From Acidimicrobiia bacterium (lineage in GTDB: Bacteria > Actinomycetota > Acidimicrobiia > Spongiisociales > ZC4RG35), in assembly GCA_963665765.1 (NCBI GenBank), contig OY762464.1:233741-297740 (forward strand): a DNA stretch of 64,000 bases. The letters are read 5' to 3'. The translations under genes were made by a program, and so were the position numbers. A model generated the notes under the pieces. It made no database searches. It was not told where the DNA came from and saw only the letters and a program-made list of their open reading frames with translations. Positions 38,425 to 47,935 of the stretch are shown in pieces; within the stretch, counting starts at the first letter, position 1, and every line of letters starts with the position of its first letter.

Positions 38425-39671
38425 GGGTTCGTGCCCTTCGACAAAAGGATCACCGATTCTCGGGATGGCTGTCGGCCGTAGCGCCCCATTTGCTGGGCAG
38501 CGTTTCCCCGGGTTCGCATCACCCAGACCGCCTCGAACTTTAGCCCCGCTTGGCTAGCTAATCCGGATACTATCTCATCGGCCGGCACCATGACCCCAGC
38601 GTGCCGGACGTTCCCCACGACGTAGGCTGCCCGCCCACCGGGTCGGAGAATTCGGTCGACCTCTACGAGGGATAGGTAGATGTCCTCAAAATATCCCTGC
38701 AGCAACCGCTTGACACGGTTGTCGGTATTCGCCGGCAGTGCCCGTAGAGTCTCCTGGAGCAACGCAATTGGCTTGTACGCTCCGAGTTGGCGCGTGAAGC
38801 CACGGGGTTTCTTAGCTTCCACATGAGAGCGGATGGAGCGATGCCGAAGCCTGGTGACTTCCGACTCGGCCTCTCCTAAAAGAAGCAATCCGATGTGGAA
38901 AACCCGAGAGTAATCGTGACGGTTCGCATAGGGAGGAGAGGTTATAAGACCGTCAACGGACAACGCCCCAATAGGGAGTTTCCGCGCATCAGCACATTTA
39001 ACCGATGCCGTGTGGTATTCCTCGGGCCAGTTGAGAGCCTCAACGTCGGCCATCATGACAGACACAGTCTCGTTGAAGACGTCCCTTATCTCGGTGCTGC
39101 GGTCGGGCCACTCCTGCCATCGGAACCATCCACCGTCGGGAACAGCCCGGCTAAAGCCCCGCATTGCGGACAAGAGCGCCACGAGGAAGAAGGAGCGGGG
39201 CGTTCCTTGTAGCCTGCGGATCGGTCGGAGGAGGGTAAATATCTCTCTCAATTCCGTCTCGGTAAAGGCTCGCGACAGCCTAGGCGAGACTTGTTGCGGA
39301 TCAACTGATGTGGCGGCGAGAATCCTACGGAAGGCCCGCTCAAGACTGTTCTGGTGGTAGGACGCGATTTTCGCGGTACCTACAGTTACAGACAGAGGGG
39401 AAATATCGAAGCCCAGAGCTGTCAATCCACGCTCCCGCGCGGTGAGCACAGTTGTCCCCGATCCCGAAAAATTGTCAGCGACGATGCCATCACTCGGAAA
39501 ATCCCAATAATCCAGAATCGTGTTAACTAGGCGGTACGAGTAGCTGTGTGGGAAGTAGAACCATCGGTGCCGCGGGGCGGAGCTGAGGTCTCGTGATGTC
39601 GCGGTGGCTGCCAGATCTGGTCTCTGGCTAAACCCTAGGGGAGCAGGTGATGTATCCATGGCTACGGTCAC
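38421..39671 (-). CDS. DNA methyltransferase (N6-adenine/N4-cytosine; motif I before motif IV; gene 1 of the operon)
   Basis: Motif I ..DNFSGSGTTVLTARERG.. near the N-terminus and motif IV ..LITSPPYANRHDYS.. about 190 aa later. 416 aa. Confidence 0.8.
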   Translation of the reverse strand: MTVAMDTSPAPLGFSQRPDLAATATSRDLSSAPRHRWFYFPHSYSYRLVNTILDYWDFPSDGIVADNFSGSGTTVLTARERGLTALGFDISPLSVTVGTAKIASYHQNSLERAFRRILAATSVDPQQVSPRLSRAFTETELREIFTLLRPIRRLQGTPRSFFLVALLSAMRGFSRAVPDGGWFRWQEWPDRSTEIRDVFNETVSVMMADVEALNWPEEYHTASVKCADARKLPIGALSVDGLITSPPYANRHDYSRVFHIGLLLLGEAESEVTRLRHRSIRSHVEAKKPRGFTRQLGAYKPIALLQETLRALPANTDNRVKRLLQGYFEDIYLSLVEVDRILRPGGRAAYVVGNVRHAGVMVPADEIVSGLASQAGLKFEAVWVMRTRGNAAQQMGRYGRQPSRESVILLSKGTNP

Positions 39672-40473
39672 GTCCGGCCCACACCAATGACCCGTATTGG
39701 AGAGAAGGTAGGTAGGAGATGCGTGGGCGAGGATGGGCGAGGCAGTGGTCCACTGCCCACCAGCGTTGGTTGAGTTCTTGGACGAACTAGCGCTTCTGTC
39801 TTTTGGGCCTCATGCAAGTCGTGCTCCCAGAGCCCGTCAAGCCACCCCATTTCACAAGGACCCTGTTTGATCACACCAAGCATCAGACCATGCAAGTCCA
39901 CCAATATCAGTCGAAAACCAACACCCATACATCCCCTCACATTAACGTCATTAGCCCCGCCACCATTAGGAGTGTTAGGGAGGACAAAGCGGTCCGGCTG
40001 GGGTATCGGGGTGTTTACACTACCTTTGACCCGGCGCCTAAGATGAGGGTTTGGGGAGAACACCACGGCTGGGGGAACACCACAATTCACCTTTTGGCTA
40101 CCCCACTTCCCTCACCTTGAGGCAGAATGGCTGGATACCGACCAGCCTCCGTCTGCCGCAGTGGACATTCCCGGCTCCCTAGTCGCACCAGGGACGTGGA
40201 CCGCCTTATGTGATGGAAGTTGCCGCTTGATATACCCCCGGGAGGCATGGATCCCAAGCATATCGCTTTCGATGACCGCTGGTGCACTCAGCAGCCGGGA
40301 AGAACCTTCGGGAACGCCATCACGCCATGACTGAGATGAAGGCCGAGTTGAAGCACGATATTCGTTCGACAGAGATGCGGACCAAGTGTTCCTGTGATCT
40401 TCGGTTTGTTTGAGTAGCGAAAGAGCCCCTTATCCATAACACGATCGTACCGTCCACAGAAGGAACCACCCTG

Positions 40474-41082
40474 GTGGCTGCCCGGCAGGCCTTGCGAAGA
40501 GGGGTGGGGTATGACATTGACTCCGAATATGTGCAGATCGCCGAAAAAAGATTGCAGGGCGTCACGGAGCAAACCTCCGAGGATCACCCCCTGGGCGAGT
40601 CCGGGGCGGTCAAGGGCGCCCGCGCCCGGGCGCGGCAGATACTTGAGGAATCGGGTTTCTCCATCGCCAAAACCTCCCCGAAGATCGGGCCAACCGGCGT
40701 CTCATACGAGTTTTTGATTGAAAACCAGCATCGTCAACGATGGTATGTGGATGTGGCCGGAAGTTTCACCACTGTCCAGCCGGGCCTGCAACGAAGCACG
40801 GTGGTGTGGGAGACACTGGGGAAGGCACATGTCCTCCACGAAACACCAAGCATCGATCAGCCTCGCGTGCTGGTCGTCACCCCCAAGCTGCCCAAACCCG
40901 CCAGTTGGGGCCGGAAGGCCATCACGGCGGTGGGACCCCGGCGCCTGTTCGACGCCATTGAACTCTCTGACCATTCCGACCTTCGGCGGCTTCGGTGGTA
41001 TGGAACCAAACCCGCTCCCCGCCCCGCCCCAGGATTCTGGACAAAACAACAGATCAGCCACTCCTTCCCCACCGCCCGGTAG
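40474..41082 (+). other. stand-alone paralog of the methyltransferase C-terminal domain (truncated methyltransferase copy; GTG start)
   Basis: 202 aa, about 80% identical to residues about 300-509 of the 27589..29052 methyltransferase (..RGVGYDID.EYVQI..ESGF.I.KT.PK.G.TGVSY.FL.EN..RQRWYVDVAG.FT.VQPGLQRSTVVWETLGKAHVLH..). Upstream 40420-40473 keeps a degenerate motif I (..TEGTTLVAA). Confidence 0.7.
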
Positions 41083-41168
41083 ATTCCCGGGCCCGGGCGG
41101 GGAGATTCCGGTCCATATGAAGCCAAGATCTATCAGTGCGGGGCAGTTGGGTGGTCTAACTTGCGGCT

Positions 41169-42560
41169 CTATCCGGCAGGTAGCAAATCCGGCGGATGGC
41201 GACGGTGCCAGTCGGTGAGCGACTGATAGGCGCGAGCCACCGACAGTATGGCGTTCTCCTCATAGGCCCTGCCCATCAGCTGGATTCCGGTGGGCAGGCC
41301 CTCGGCCGAAAAACCGCTCGGCACCGATATGGCGGGAAGTCCGGCGCCGTTTCCGACCGCCAGCATGGCGTCTCGCCAGGCGCGCCGGGACGTGTTGCGG
41401 AAATCCTGATCGAGTGGCATCGCCACACCGGCCCGCGCGGGTCCGACCAGGGCGTCGAATTGCGACATCACCTGGTCGGCGTTCTCGGCCATGAGTCTTC
41501 TCAGGCGCATCGCCTTGAGGTAGTCCTTCGCCAACACTGCCACCCGCGGATAGGCGCCGAAGTGGTCTTCGGGGGCGGTCAGTTCCGCCAGCATCCCGCG
41601 GTCCACCATCTCCTCGAAGGCGCTCGACGCCTCGGCGAACAGGACTGTCTCGTTGATTGCCTGGTGCGGCAGATCGGAGAACCGAGCCTCCTTGATGTCA
41701 GACACCTCTCCCAGCACTTCCAGCGCCCGCTCGAAGTTGTGGCACGTCGCCTCGTCGGCGTGGTCGGCCACGTTCTCCAGAACACCGAGCTTGAATCGCC
41801 GTGAGGACCGGTCGGAGTCGTCGTAGCGAAAACCGCGATCAGTCGTCGTCGGGTCTTTCGGATCCGGGCCGGCGATGGCCTCCAGCACGAGGCCGCAGTC
41901 GTCCGCGGTGAGGCACAACGGCCCCAACTTGTCCAGCGTCCAGGAAAGAGCCATGGCTCCATACCGGCTTACCCGCCCATAGGTGGGGCGCAGGCCGGCC
42001 ACTCCACAATTGCCGGCAGGCGAAATGATGGAACCCATGGTTTCGGAGCCCATGGTGAACGGCGCCAAACCGGCCGCGGTCGCCGCGCCGGATCCCGTGG
42101 ACGACCCGCCGCTCCATCTCTTCTTGTCCCAGGGATTGATGCCCGGACCGGTGAATGAGGCATCAGGTTGCCAGTAGCCCCCGCCGCCCGCCAGTTCCAC
42201 CATGGCCAGCTTGGCCGTCAGCACCGCTCCCGCGGCCTGCAGCCGACGGATCACGGTTGCGTCGTAATCGAAGGTCTGGTTGCGGAGCGGGGCGGCGCCC
42301 CAGGTGGTCGGGATCCCGTCCGAGGTGGCCAACAGGTCCTTGGCGCCATAAGGAATGCCGTGCAGAGGACCCCGGTACCGGCCGGAGGCGATCTCCTGCT
42401 CCGCGTGTCTCGCCTGCCGAAGCGCTCGCTCCCGGGTCACGGTGACCACCGCGTTGTAGTCGGGACCCAGCGTCTCCAGCCGGTCGAGGAAACACTCGGC
42501 CAGCTCGGTTGGCGACACCTCTCGGTCACGTACCAGGCGGCCCAGCTTCCGGACGCTCAT
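41169..42560 (-). CDS. amidase-signature family amidase (GatA-like)
   Basis: GGSS(T)G signature ..GGSSTGSGAATAAG..GSETMGSIISPA... Start placed at MSVRKLGRLVRDREVSPTEL. Confidence 0.85.
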   Translation of the reverse strand: MSVRKLGRLVRDREVSPTELAECFLDRLETLGPDYNAVVTVTRERALRQARHAEQEIASGRYRGPLHGIPYGAKDLLATSDGIPTTWGAAPLRNQTFDYDATVIRRLQAAGAVLTAKLAMVELAGGGGYWQPDASFTGPGINPWDKKRWSGGSSTGSGAATAAGLAPFTMGSETMGSIISPAGNCGVAGLRPTYGRVSRYGAMALSWTLDKLGPLCLTADDCGLVLEAIAGPDPKDPTTTDRGFRYDDSDRSSRRFKLGVLENVADHADEATCHNFERALEVLGEVSDIKEARFSDLPHQAINETVLFAEASSAFEEMVDRGMLAELTAPEDHFGAYPRVAVLAKDYLKAMRLRRLMAENADQVMSQFDALVGPARAGVAMPLDQDFRNTSRRAWRDAMLAVGNGAGLPAISVPSGFSAEGLPTGIQLMGRAYEENAILSVARAYQSLTDWHRRHPPDLLPAG

Positions 42561-42585
42561 GAAGACGAAGCTCTCCGACAAGAGG

Positions 42586-42846
42586 TCAGCCCTCTTCCCG
42601 GTGGGGAGTGAACACCCAAAACGGCTCATCGCCGTTGTCAAGCCTGACAGTTCTCAAAGCCTCCGACGCAGCCACAATCCCCTCGACGCCCTTCCGCACC
42701 TCGTCCAGTTGTTCATCATCCAGACGATCCCCGTAGAGACCCTTCACCAAGTTGAATCGTACGTCCACTTCCCGTTCGGTAGCTTCGTCGTTCAAAATGC
42801 TCCTCCACTTTCTCGCTCGCGTGATAGCCTCGCATTCGGCCCTCAC
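42586..42846 (-). CDS. small acidic hypothetical protein upstream of the amidase (possible GatC/AtzG-like partner)
   Basis: 86 aa, immediately upstream and co-oriented with the amidase. The assignment is speculative. Confidence 0.35.
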   Translation of the reverse strand: MRAECEAITRARKWRSILNDEATEREVDVRFNLVKGLYGDRLDDEQLDEVRKGVEGIVAASEALRTVRLDNGDEPFWVFTPHREEG

Positions 42847-42960
42847 CCAAGCCTCAGATGAGTGTTGATCAACCGCCGATCACGGCACCCAGGGGATGCT
42901 GCCAAGAGTATCACGCGGGTCGGCCTTCAATCCTTGCCGGCCTCTGCCCTTGAACTGGAG

Positions 42961-44121
42961 TTAACCTGCGGCCGCTATCTCGACCATTTTCTCGAGATTG
43001 GCGGCGATCCGGGCTCCGTCGCCGATCTGTTCGGCTGAGCAGGTCACCAAAAATCGCCGCCGGGCGCCCACCATGTCCGCCGCTTCGTTTAGACGGGCCA
43101 TGTCGGTTCGGCTCGGTCGGGTGGTCAGCTTGATCTCGATCGCCCAGAGTTCCCGGCCAAAATCGATGAGCAAGTCGATCTCGCGGCCGTCGGACGTGCG
43201 GAAGTGGCGAGCATCGGCATAGCGACCAGATTGCTGGAGGGCGGTGAGCACCTGCTCGATCACATGGCCTTCCCAGCTCGCTCCCACCCCTGGCGCCTTC
43301 AGCAGATCGTGGTCGGAGTCAACCCCGAGCAGGGCATGCAACAGGCCGCTGTCCCGCCAATAGACCTTGGGTCGCTTGGTAACCCGCTTGCCGATATTGG
43401 CATGGTGGCCCGGCAAGCGCCTTACCAGAAATGCGCCCTCCAGGTAGTCGAGGTACGAGTTGACCGTATGGTACGACAATCCGAGAGCTGCCCCGATGTC
43501 GCTGGCGTTCCAGGTTTGGCCATGGCGCGCCGCCAACAGTCGAAAAAGCCGACTCGTGTTCTGAGGGCTGGCGGGAAGACCCCAGGATGGGAGATCCCGC
43601 TGAGCGAGCAGACTCAGATAGTCCTGCTGCCATTGAGGAAAACTACGCCCGTCCAGCACCCCTCCGTCGGGATACCCACCGCACCGCCACCGCCGGTTGC
43701 GAACCGAATCGGGCAACTCTGTCAATGACAACGGGGACAGTTCCACGATACTGAGACGTCCGGCGAGCGACTCTGAAACATTCTTCATCAGAGCAGGCGA
43801 AATCGATCCGAGCAGCAGGAAACGCCCATTGCGGCGTCGGTCGGAGTCGATCACGCCTCGCAGTCGCGGGAAAATCTGCGGGGCGGCCTGAGCCTCGTCA
43901 ATGACTACCAACTCGTCGGCACGGGCAACCTCGTCCCATTCGAGGTCAATCCTCAGCTGGTCGGTCTCCTGCTCCATGTCGTAATAGCGGCCGCCTAAAG
44001 AACGCGCCAGGGTCGTCTTGCCACACTGACGCGATCCCACAAGAGCCACCGCCGGATAAGAGCCGAGCCGCTTCTCCAGCAAAGAATCCAGACCCGCCGC
44101 GGCGATATTTCGCGGTAGCAT
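42961..44121 (-). CDS. AAA-superfamily ATPase with a DUF4143 domain
   Basis: Walker A GSRQCGKTTL. The domain organisation matches the common AAA_14 plus DUF4143 ATP-binding proteins. Confidence 0.8.
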   Translation of the reverse strand: MLPRNIAAAGLDSLLEKRLGSYPAVALVGSRQCGKTTLARSLGGRYYDMEQETDQLRIDLEWDEVARADELVVIDEAQAAPQIFPRLRGVIDSDRRRNGRFLLLGSISPALMKNVSESLAGRLSIVELSPLSLTELPDSVRNRRWRCGGYPDGGVLDGRSFPQWQQDYLSLLAQRDLPSWGLPASPQNTSRLFRLLAARHGQTWNASDIGAALGLSYHTVNSYLDYLEGAFLVRRLPGHHANIGKRVTKRPKVYWRDSGLLHALLGVDSDHDLLKAPGVGASWEGHVIEQVLTALQQSGRYADARHFRTSDGREIDLLIDFGRELWAIEIKLTTRPSRTDMARLNEAADMVGARRRFLVTCSAEQIGDGARIAANLEKMVEIAAAG

Positions 44122-44335
44122 CCCCCGAGCCTACCAGCCAATTTCTATTTCGAGCCACAATATTTTCTATTTGGCAGAGGGCTACTTCTATTCAGGATGA
44201 TCTTCGCTTCTAAATGGTTTGGCGGTCGGAACTCCCGATTCCGGTTAAGAACGGGTCCAGCCATTGGTTGCTCGGTTCCGTATCCGAAGTCGTCACACAG
44301 CGCTATTTAGGCTTAAAGAAACCTAGCTACAGGTA

Positions 44336-45076
44336 TTGACCATGAAGCCAAACCCGCCCGACCCCCAAAGCGAAAAGAGCAATGGAGGGGCCACCATCGG
44401 ATATGAAGCCGACTTGTGGGCGATGGCCGACGCCCTGCGAGGGAGTATGGACGCCGCCGAGTACAAGCATGTGGCGCTCGGCGCCCAGGGCATCGCCGGG
44501 TTCGTGCTGGCCAACGGCTCGATGTCCTCCAAGACTTCTGTAGAGGGAAAGATCCGGGAAGCCATTGTCGAGGATGACTTGGTGGATTGCATGGTGGCCC
44601 TGCCCGGACAGCTCTTTTACTCCACCCAGATACCGGCGTGCCTCTGGTTCCTGGCCCGCGATCGAAGCGGAGGGGGGCACCGAGACCGAATCGGGGAGAT
44701 CCTGTTCATTGACGCCCGCAAGATGGGCCACATGGTTGATCGCACCCACCGGGAACTGAGCGATCAGGACATCGCTCGCATCGCCGACACCTACCACGCC
44801 TGGAAAAGCAGAGAGCGACCTTCCAAGTACGCCGATGCGCCGGGGTTCTGCAAGAGCGCCACTCTGGAGGAGGTGCGCAAACACGACCATGTGCTCACCC
44901 CCGGGCGTTATGTGGGATTCCAGCCCCCCGAAAAGGACCCTGAGCCCTTCGCGGAGAAAATGGTTTGCCTCAGCGCCCAATGGCGAGAGCAACAGAAAGA
45001 GTCGGCGCGTCTCGACGCTGCCATCGAAGCCAACCTAACCAGGCTGGGCTTTGGCTCACCGGTGGACAAGGCATGA
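44336..45076 (+). pseudogene. hsdM: type I R-M methyltransferase subunit HsdM with a large in-frame internal deletion (the catalytic core is absent)
   Basis: HsdM N-domain (..[23 protein letters not shown]) joins directly to the HsdM C-terminal region (..[47 protein letters not shown]..). The AdoMet/NPPF region is missing. Confidence 0.8.
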
Positions 45077-45495
45077 GGATCAACACCGACTTTCTCACCC
45101 GTTGCATCAGAGCCCTGGAAGGCGCCTACGATCATTTAAGAAAGTACGTGCCCGGCGACGTTTTCTATGACATATTCCGTGCGGCGTGCGTTAAAGAATT
45201 CGAGATCATCCTGGAACAAATCGGAAAACTGTTAAAAAAACGCCTGAGACCCTTCATGGTCTCGAATCGCAAGGCAGACACACTTACCTTCAAGGATTGT
45301 TTCAGAAAAGCCGCCCAGCACGGCCTTATCTCGGTGGACGCCTGCGAACGCTGGCTCATATATCGAGACACCCGTAACGACACCGCTCATGACTATGGTG
45401 CCCAATTCGCCGAAACCACCCTGAAACTGCTGCCGAGATTCATTTCCGACGCCAAGCAAGCGACCGCAGTTCTTTCGGAGCCCTTCGATGATTGA
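45073..45495 (+). CDS. HEPN-domain protein, HI0074 family (nucleotidyltransferase substrate-binding protein)
   Basis: Start MRINTDFL overlaps the hsdM stop. R-x4-H motif [10 protein letters not shown]. About 140 aa. Confidence 0.8.
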   Translation: MRINTDFLTRCIRALEGAYDHLRKYVPGDVFYDIFRAACVKEFEIILEQIGKLLKKRLRPFMVSNRKADTLTFKDCFRKAAQHGLISVDACERWLIYRDTRNDTAHDYGAQFAETTLKLLPRFISDAKQATAVLSEPFDD

Positions 45496-45841
45496 CCGGT
45501 TGGACCTTCCCACCCGTTATAGAGAGCAGGTTGAAGCCATCTTGCGCGAGCATGTCCCCGACGTGGAAGTGTGGGCCTACGGCAGCCGAGTCAACGGCAT
45601 GAACCATGAGGCCAGCGATCTGGACCTGGTGCTGAGAGGCCCCGACCTGGCGCCGATCCCTTTAGATCAACTGGTTGAACTGACCGAAGCATTTGAAAAA
45701 TCCAACATTCCAATCCTGGTCGAAGCTCGCGATTGGACGAGACTCCCGGAAAGCTTCCACAAGGAAATCGAACGAGACTATGTGGTACTCTTGGGCTGGC
45801 AAAAATTCGATCAGGCCTATTGCCCTCCAAGACTTTGCTAA
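45488..45841 (+). CDS. minimal nucleotidyltransferase (MNT) partner of the HEPN protein
   Basis: GSRVNG..SDLDLVL (GS-x9-DxD) nucleotidyltransferase motif. Its start overlaps the HEPN stop. Confidence 0.8.
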   Translation: MIDRLDLPTRYREQVEAILREHVPDVEVWAYGSRVNGMNHEASDLDLVLRGPDLAPIPLDQLVELTEAFEKSNIPILVEARDWTRLPESFHKEIERDYVVLLGWQKFDQAYCPPRLC

Positions 45842-46242
45842 TGTCATCCCGAGCTCCAATCGGATATTTGGCAATCACAGAAGTCCCCGTGGCAATCAAT
45901 CAGGGAATCATCGCAATCCGCTGTGATAAAAGGACTGGCCCTGTTTACACATTGCACTGGATTGAAGCACATCTTGACGTCATAAAGGCCTGGGCAAGTG
46001 GCACTACCTTTCTGGAAATAAGCAAGTCTTCTTTTCGAACCTGGCCCTTTCTAACATCAACGCAGGAAATTCATGCCGCCTACGAGTCCATTACAGCCCT
46101 TCTGCATAGGCAAATGGCAAGAACCACAAGACAATCCAGCGCGCTTTCCACCCTGCTACCCAAACTTTTATCAGGAAAATTGCGGGTGGGTCGATCCAAA
46201 GGCCTGACGCATCGAGGACAGTGGAACAGATGCCACAGCTAA
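45733..46242 (+). pseudogene. hsdS: type I R-M specificity subunit HsdS fragment (end of one TRD plus the conserved C-terminal region)
   Basis: ..SRAPIGYLAITEVPVAINQGIIAIRCDK..EAHLDVIKAWASGTTFLEISKSSFRTWPFL..LLPKLLSGKLRV. Its 5' part overlaps the MNT gene. Confidence 0.75.
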
Positions 46243-47405
46243 AGAAGACCCTGACCTTGCAGCCCGCCGTCTTGAGATGGGCGCGGGAGCGGGCTGGTTT
46301 AGAGCCCGATGAGCTTGCGGCGCGTCTCAAGGCCCAAACCCGAGACATTGAAGAATGGGAACGCTCGGGCAGGATTAGCTTCGCCAGAGCTGAAGCCTTG
46401 GCCAAAAAAACATATACGCCCGTTGGTTTTCTCTATCTCGACGAGCCGCCCATTGAGAGTCTCCCCATCGCCGATTTTCGCACTCGCGCGGGAACTACAC
46501 CGCCAAGACCCAGTCCCAACCTGTTGGACACCGTCTACCTCATGCAACTGCGGCAGGCTTGGATGAGAGAGGAGCTGATTGGTCAGAAAAGTGCTCCCTT
46601 GCCCTTCGTTGGAGCCTTCGGCTTGGATGCGCCTCCCTCGGAAGTTGCCGCCGCAATGAACGACGCCTTGCAACTGAAAGGAGGTTGGGCAGCGGCAAGA
46701 GGAACTTGGACCGACGCATTACGAACCTTTAGAGACCATATTGCTGCAGCAGGGGTATTGCTCTTCTTCAATGGCGTGGTGGGGAACAATTCCCACCGCA
46801 AGTTGCAAGCTGATGAATTCCAAGGGTTCGCAATGGTGGATGACTATGCACCGCTTATCTTTATCAACAACGCCGATTACAAGACCGCTCAGATGTTTAC
46901 ACTGGCCCATGAGCTGGTTCACCTTTTCGTCAGCGAATCCGGGGTCTCCAAATTGGAGGCCCTGAGTCCATCGGACCATGTCGTTGAGCAAGCGTGCAAT
47001 AGCATCGCAGCCGAATTCCTTGTGCCGAGTCGGCAGTTGCGCCAAACCTGGATCACGGCGAGGCATTCAGACGATCCCTTTCAGCATCTTGCCAGATACT
47101 TCAAGGTCAGCACGGTTGTAGCTGCTCGGCGAGTTCTTGATGCCAACCTAATATCACGAAAGGCCTTCTTCGAATACTACGAAGAAAACAAAGCCAAACA
47201 TTGGGGCGGGACACAGTCGACAGGCAGCAGTCGGGGCGGAAATTTTTGGAATAACCAACGCTGGCGGGTGGGCACTCGATTCGCCACGGCCGTCAGTCGT
47301 GCGGTGATGGAAGGGCGCCTGTCTTACACCGAAGGATACACCCTGACCGGATTGCGGGGCGATACCTTCGCGAACATACCGGCAAAAATGGGCATTGCCC
47401 TGTGA
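46221..47405 (+). CDS. XRE-family HTH fused to an ImmA/IrrE (DUF955) zinc metallopeptidase
   Basis: N-terminal HTH (..LRWARERAGLEPDELAARL..) and the HEXXH motif LAHELVHLF. Confidence 0.8.
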   Translation: MEQMPQLKKTLTLQPAVLRWARERAGLEPDELAARLKAQTRDIEEWERSGRISFARAEALAKKTYTPVGFLYLDEPPIESLPIADFRTRAGTTPPRPSPNLLDTVYLMQLRQAWMREELIGQKSAPLPFVGAFGLDAPPSEVAAAMNDALQLKGGWAAARGTWTDALRTFRDHIAAAGVLLFFNGVVGNNSHRKLQADEFQGFAMVDDYAPLIFINNADYKTAQMFTLAHELVHLFVSESGVSKLEALSPSDHVVEQACNSIAAEFLVPSRQLRQTWITARHSDDPFQHLARYFKVSTVVAARRVLDANLISRKAFFEYYEENKAKHWGGTQSTGSSRGGNFWNNQRWRVGTRFATAVSRAVMEGRLSYTEGYTLTGLRGDTFANIPAKMGIAL

Positions 47406-47935
47406 CGAGTCGTTCTCTCTCAACGTTGGGCTTGGCTACCAGGTATTTGCTGGACACCAACATTTTTATAGCTGCTTGGCGTGATCACTATCCAATAGAT
47501 CTTTACCCAGGATTCTGGGCCTGTCTTGAGCGCTTCGTTCATGAGAAGAGAATTCTGAGTCTTGATAGGGTCCAAAAGGAGATCGCAGGTCCGAAGGAAC
47601 TTGTCATCTGGCTTCGGCACAACTGGCGCGGCGCGTTTGCCTCTACAAGAGACCCCGATGTGACGGGAGCGTTCTCGAAGATACACGATTGGGTGCAATC
47701 AAACAGCCAGTTCTTGTCTGCGGCCAAGCACGAGTTTGCGAGAAACGCTGATGGGTGGCTTGTGGCATACGCCAAGGTGCATAGCGCCATCTTGGTTACT
47801 AACGAGGTCTACAACGAGGAAGTGCGAAGAAGGGTCCCTCTACCCAACTTGTGCAGAAAGTTTGGCGTTGAGGTTTGCAACACGATTGGAATGCTACGCG
47901 GACTCGGGGTCGCATTCGACCTACGGGTCCTTTGA
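47402..47935 (+). CDS. DUF4411-family PIN-like protein (partner of ImmA/IrrE)
   Basis: N-terminus ..RYLLDTNIFIAAWRDHYP... Start overlaps the upstream stop. Confidence 0.7.
   Translation: MTSRSLSTLGLATRYLLDTNIFIAAWRDHYPIDLYPGFWACLERFVHEKRILSLDRVQKEIAGPKELVIWLRHNWRGAFASTRDPDVTGAFSKIHDWVQSNSQFLSAAKHEFARNADGWLVAYAKVHSAILVTNEVYNEEVRRRVPLPNLCRKFGVEVCNTIGMLRGLGVAFDLRVL

Noticed and set aside
39668-40420. 140-aa and smaller ORFs between the operon methyltransferase and the methyltransferase C-domain copy
   Set aside because: This is a lower-GC stretch with no coding signature in any frame. It is more likely decayed remains of the deleted 5' half of the methyltransferase paralog or plain spacer.
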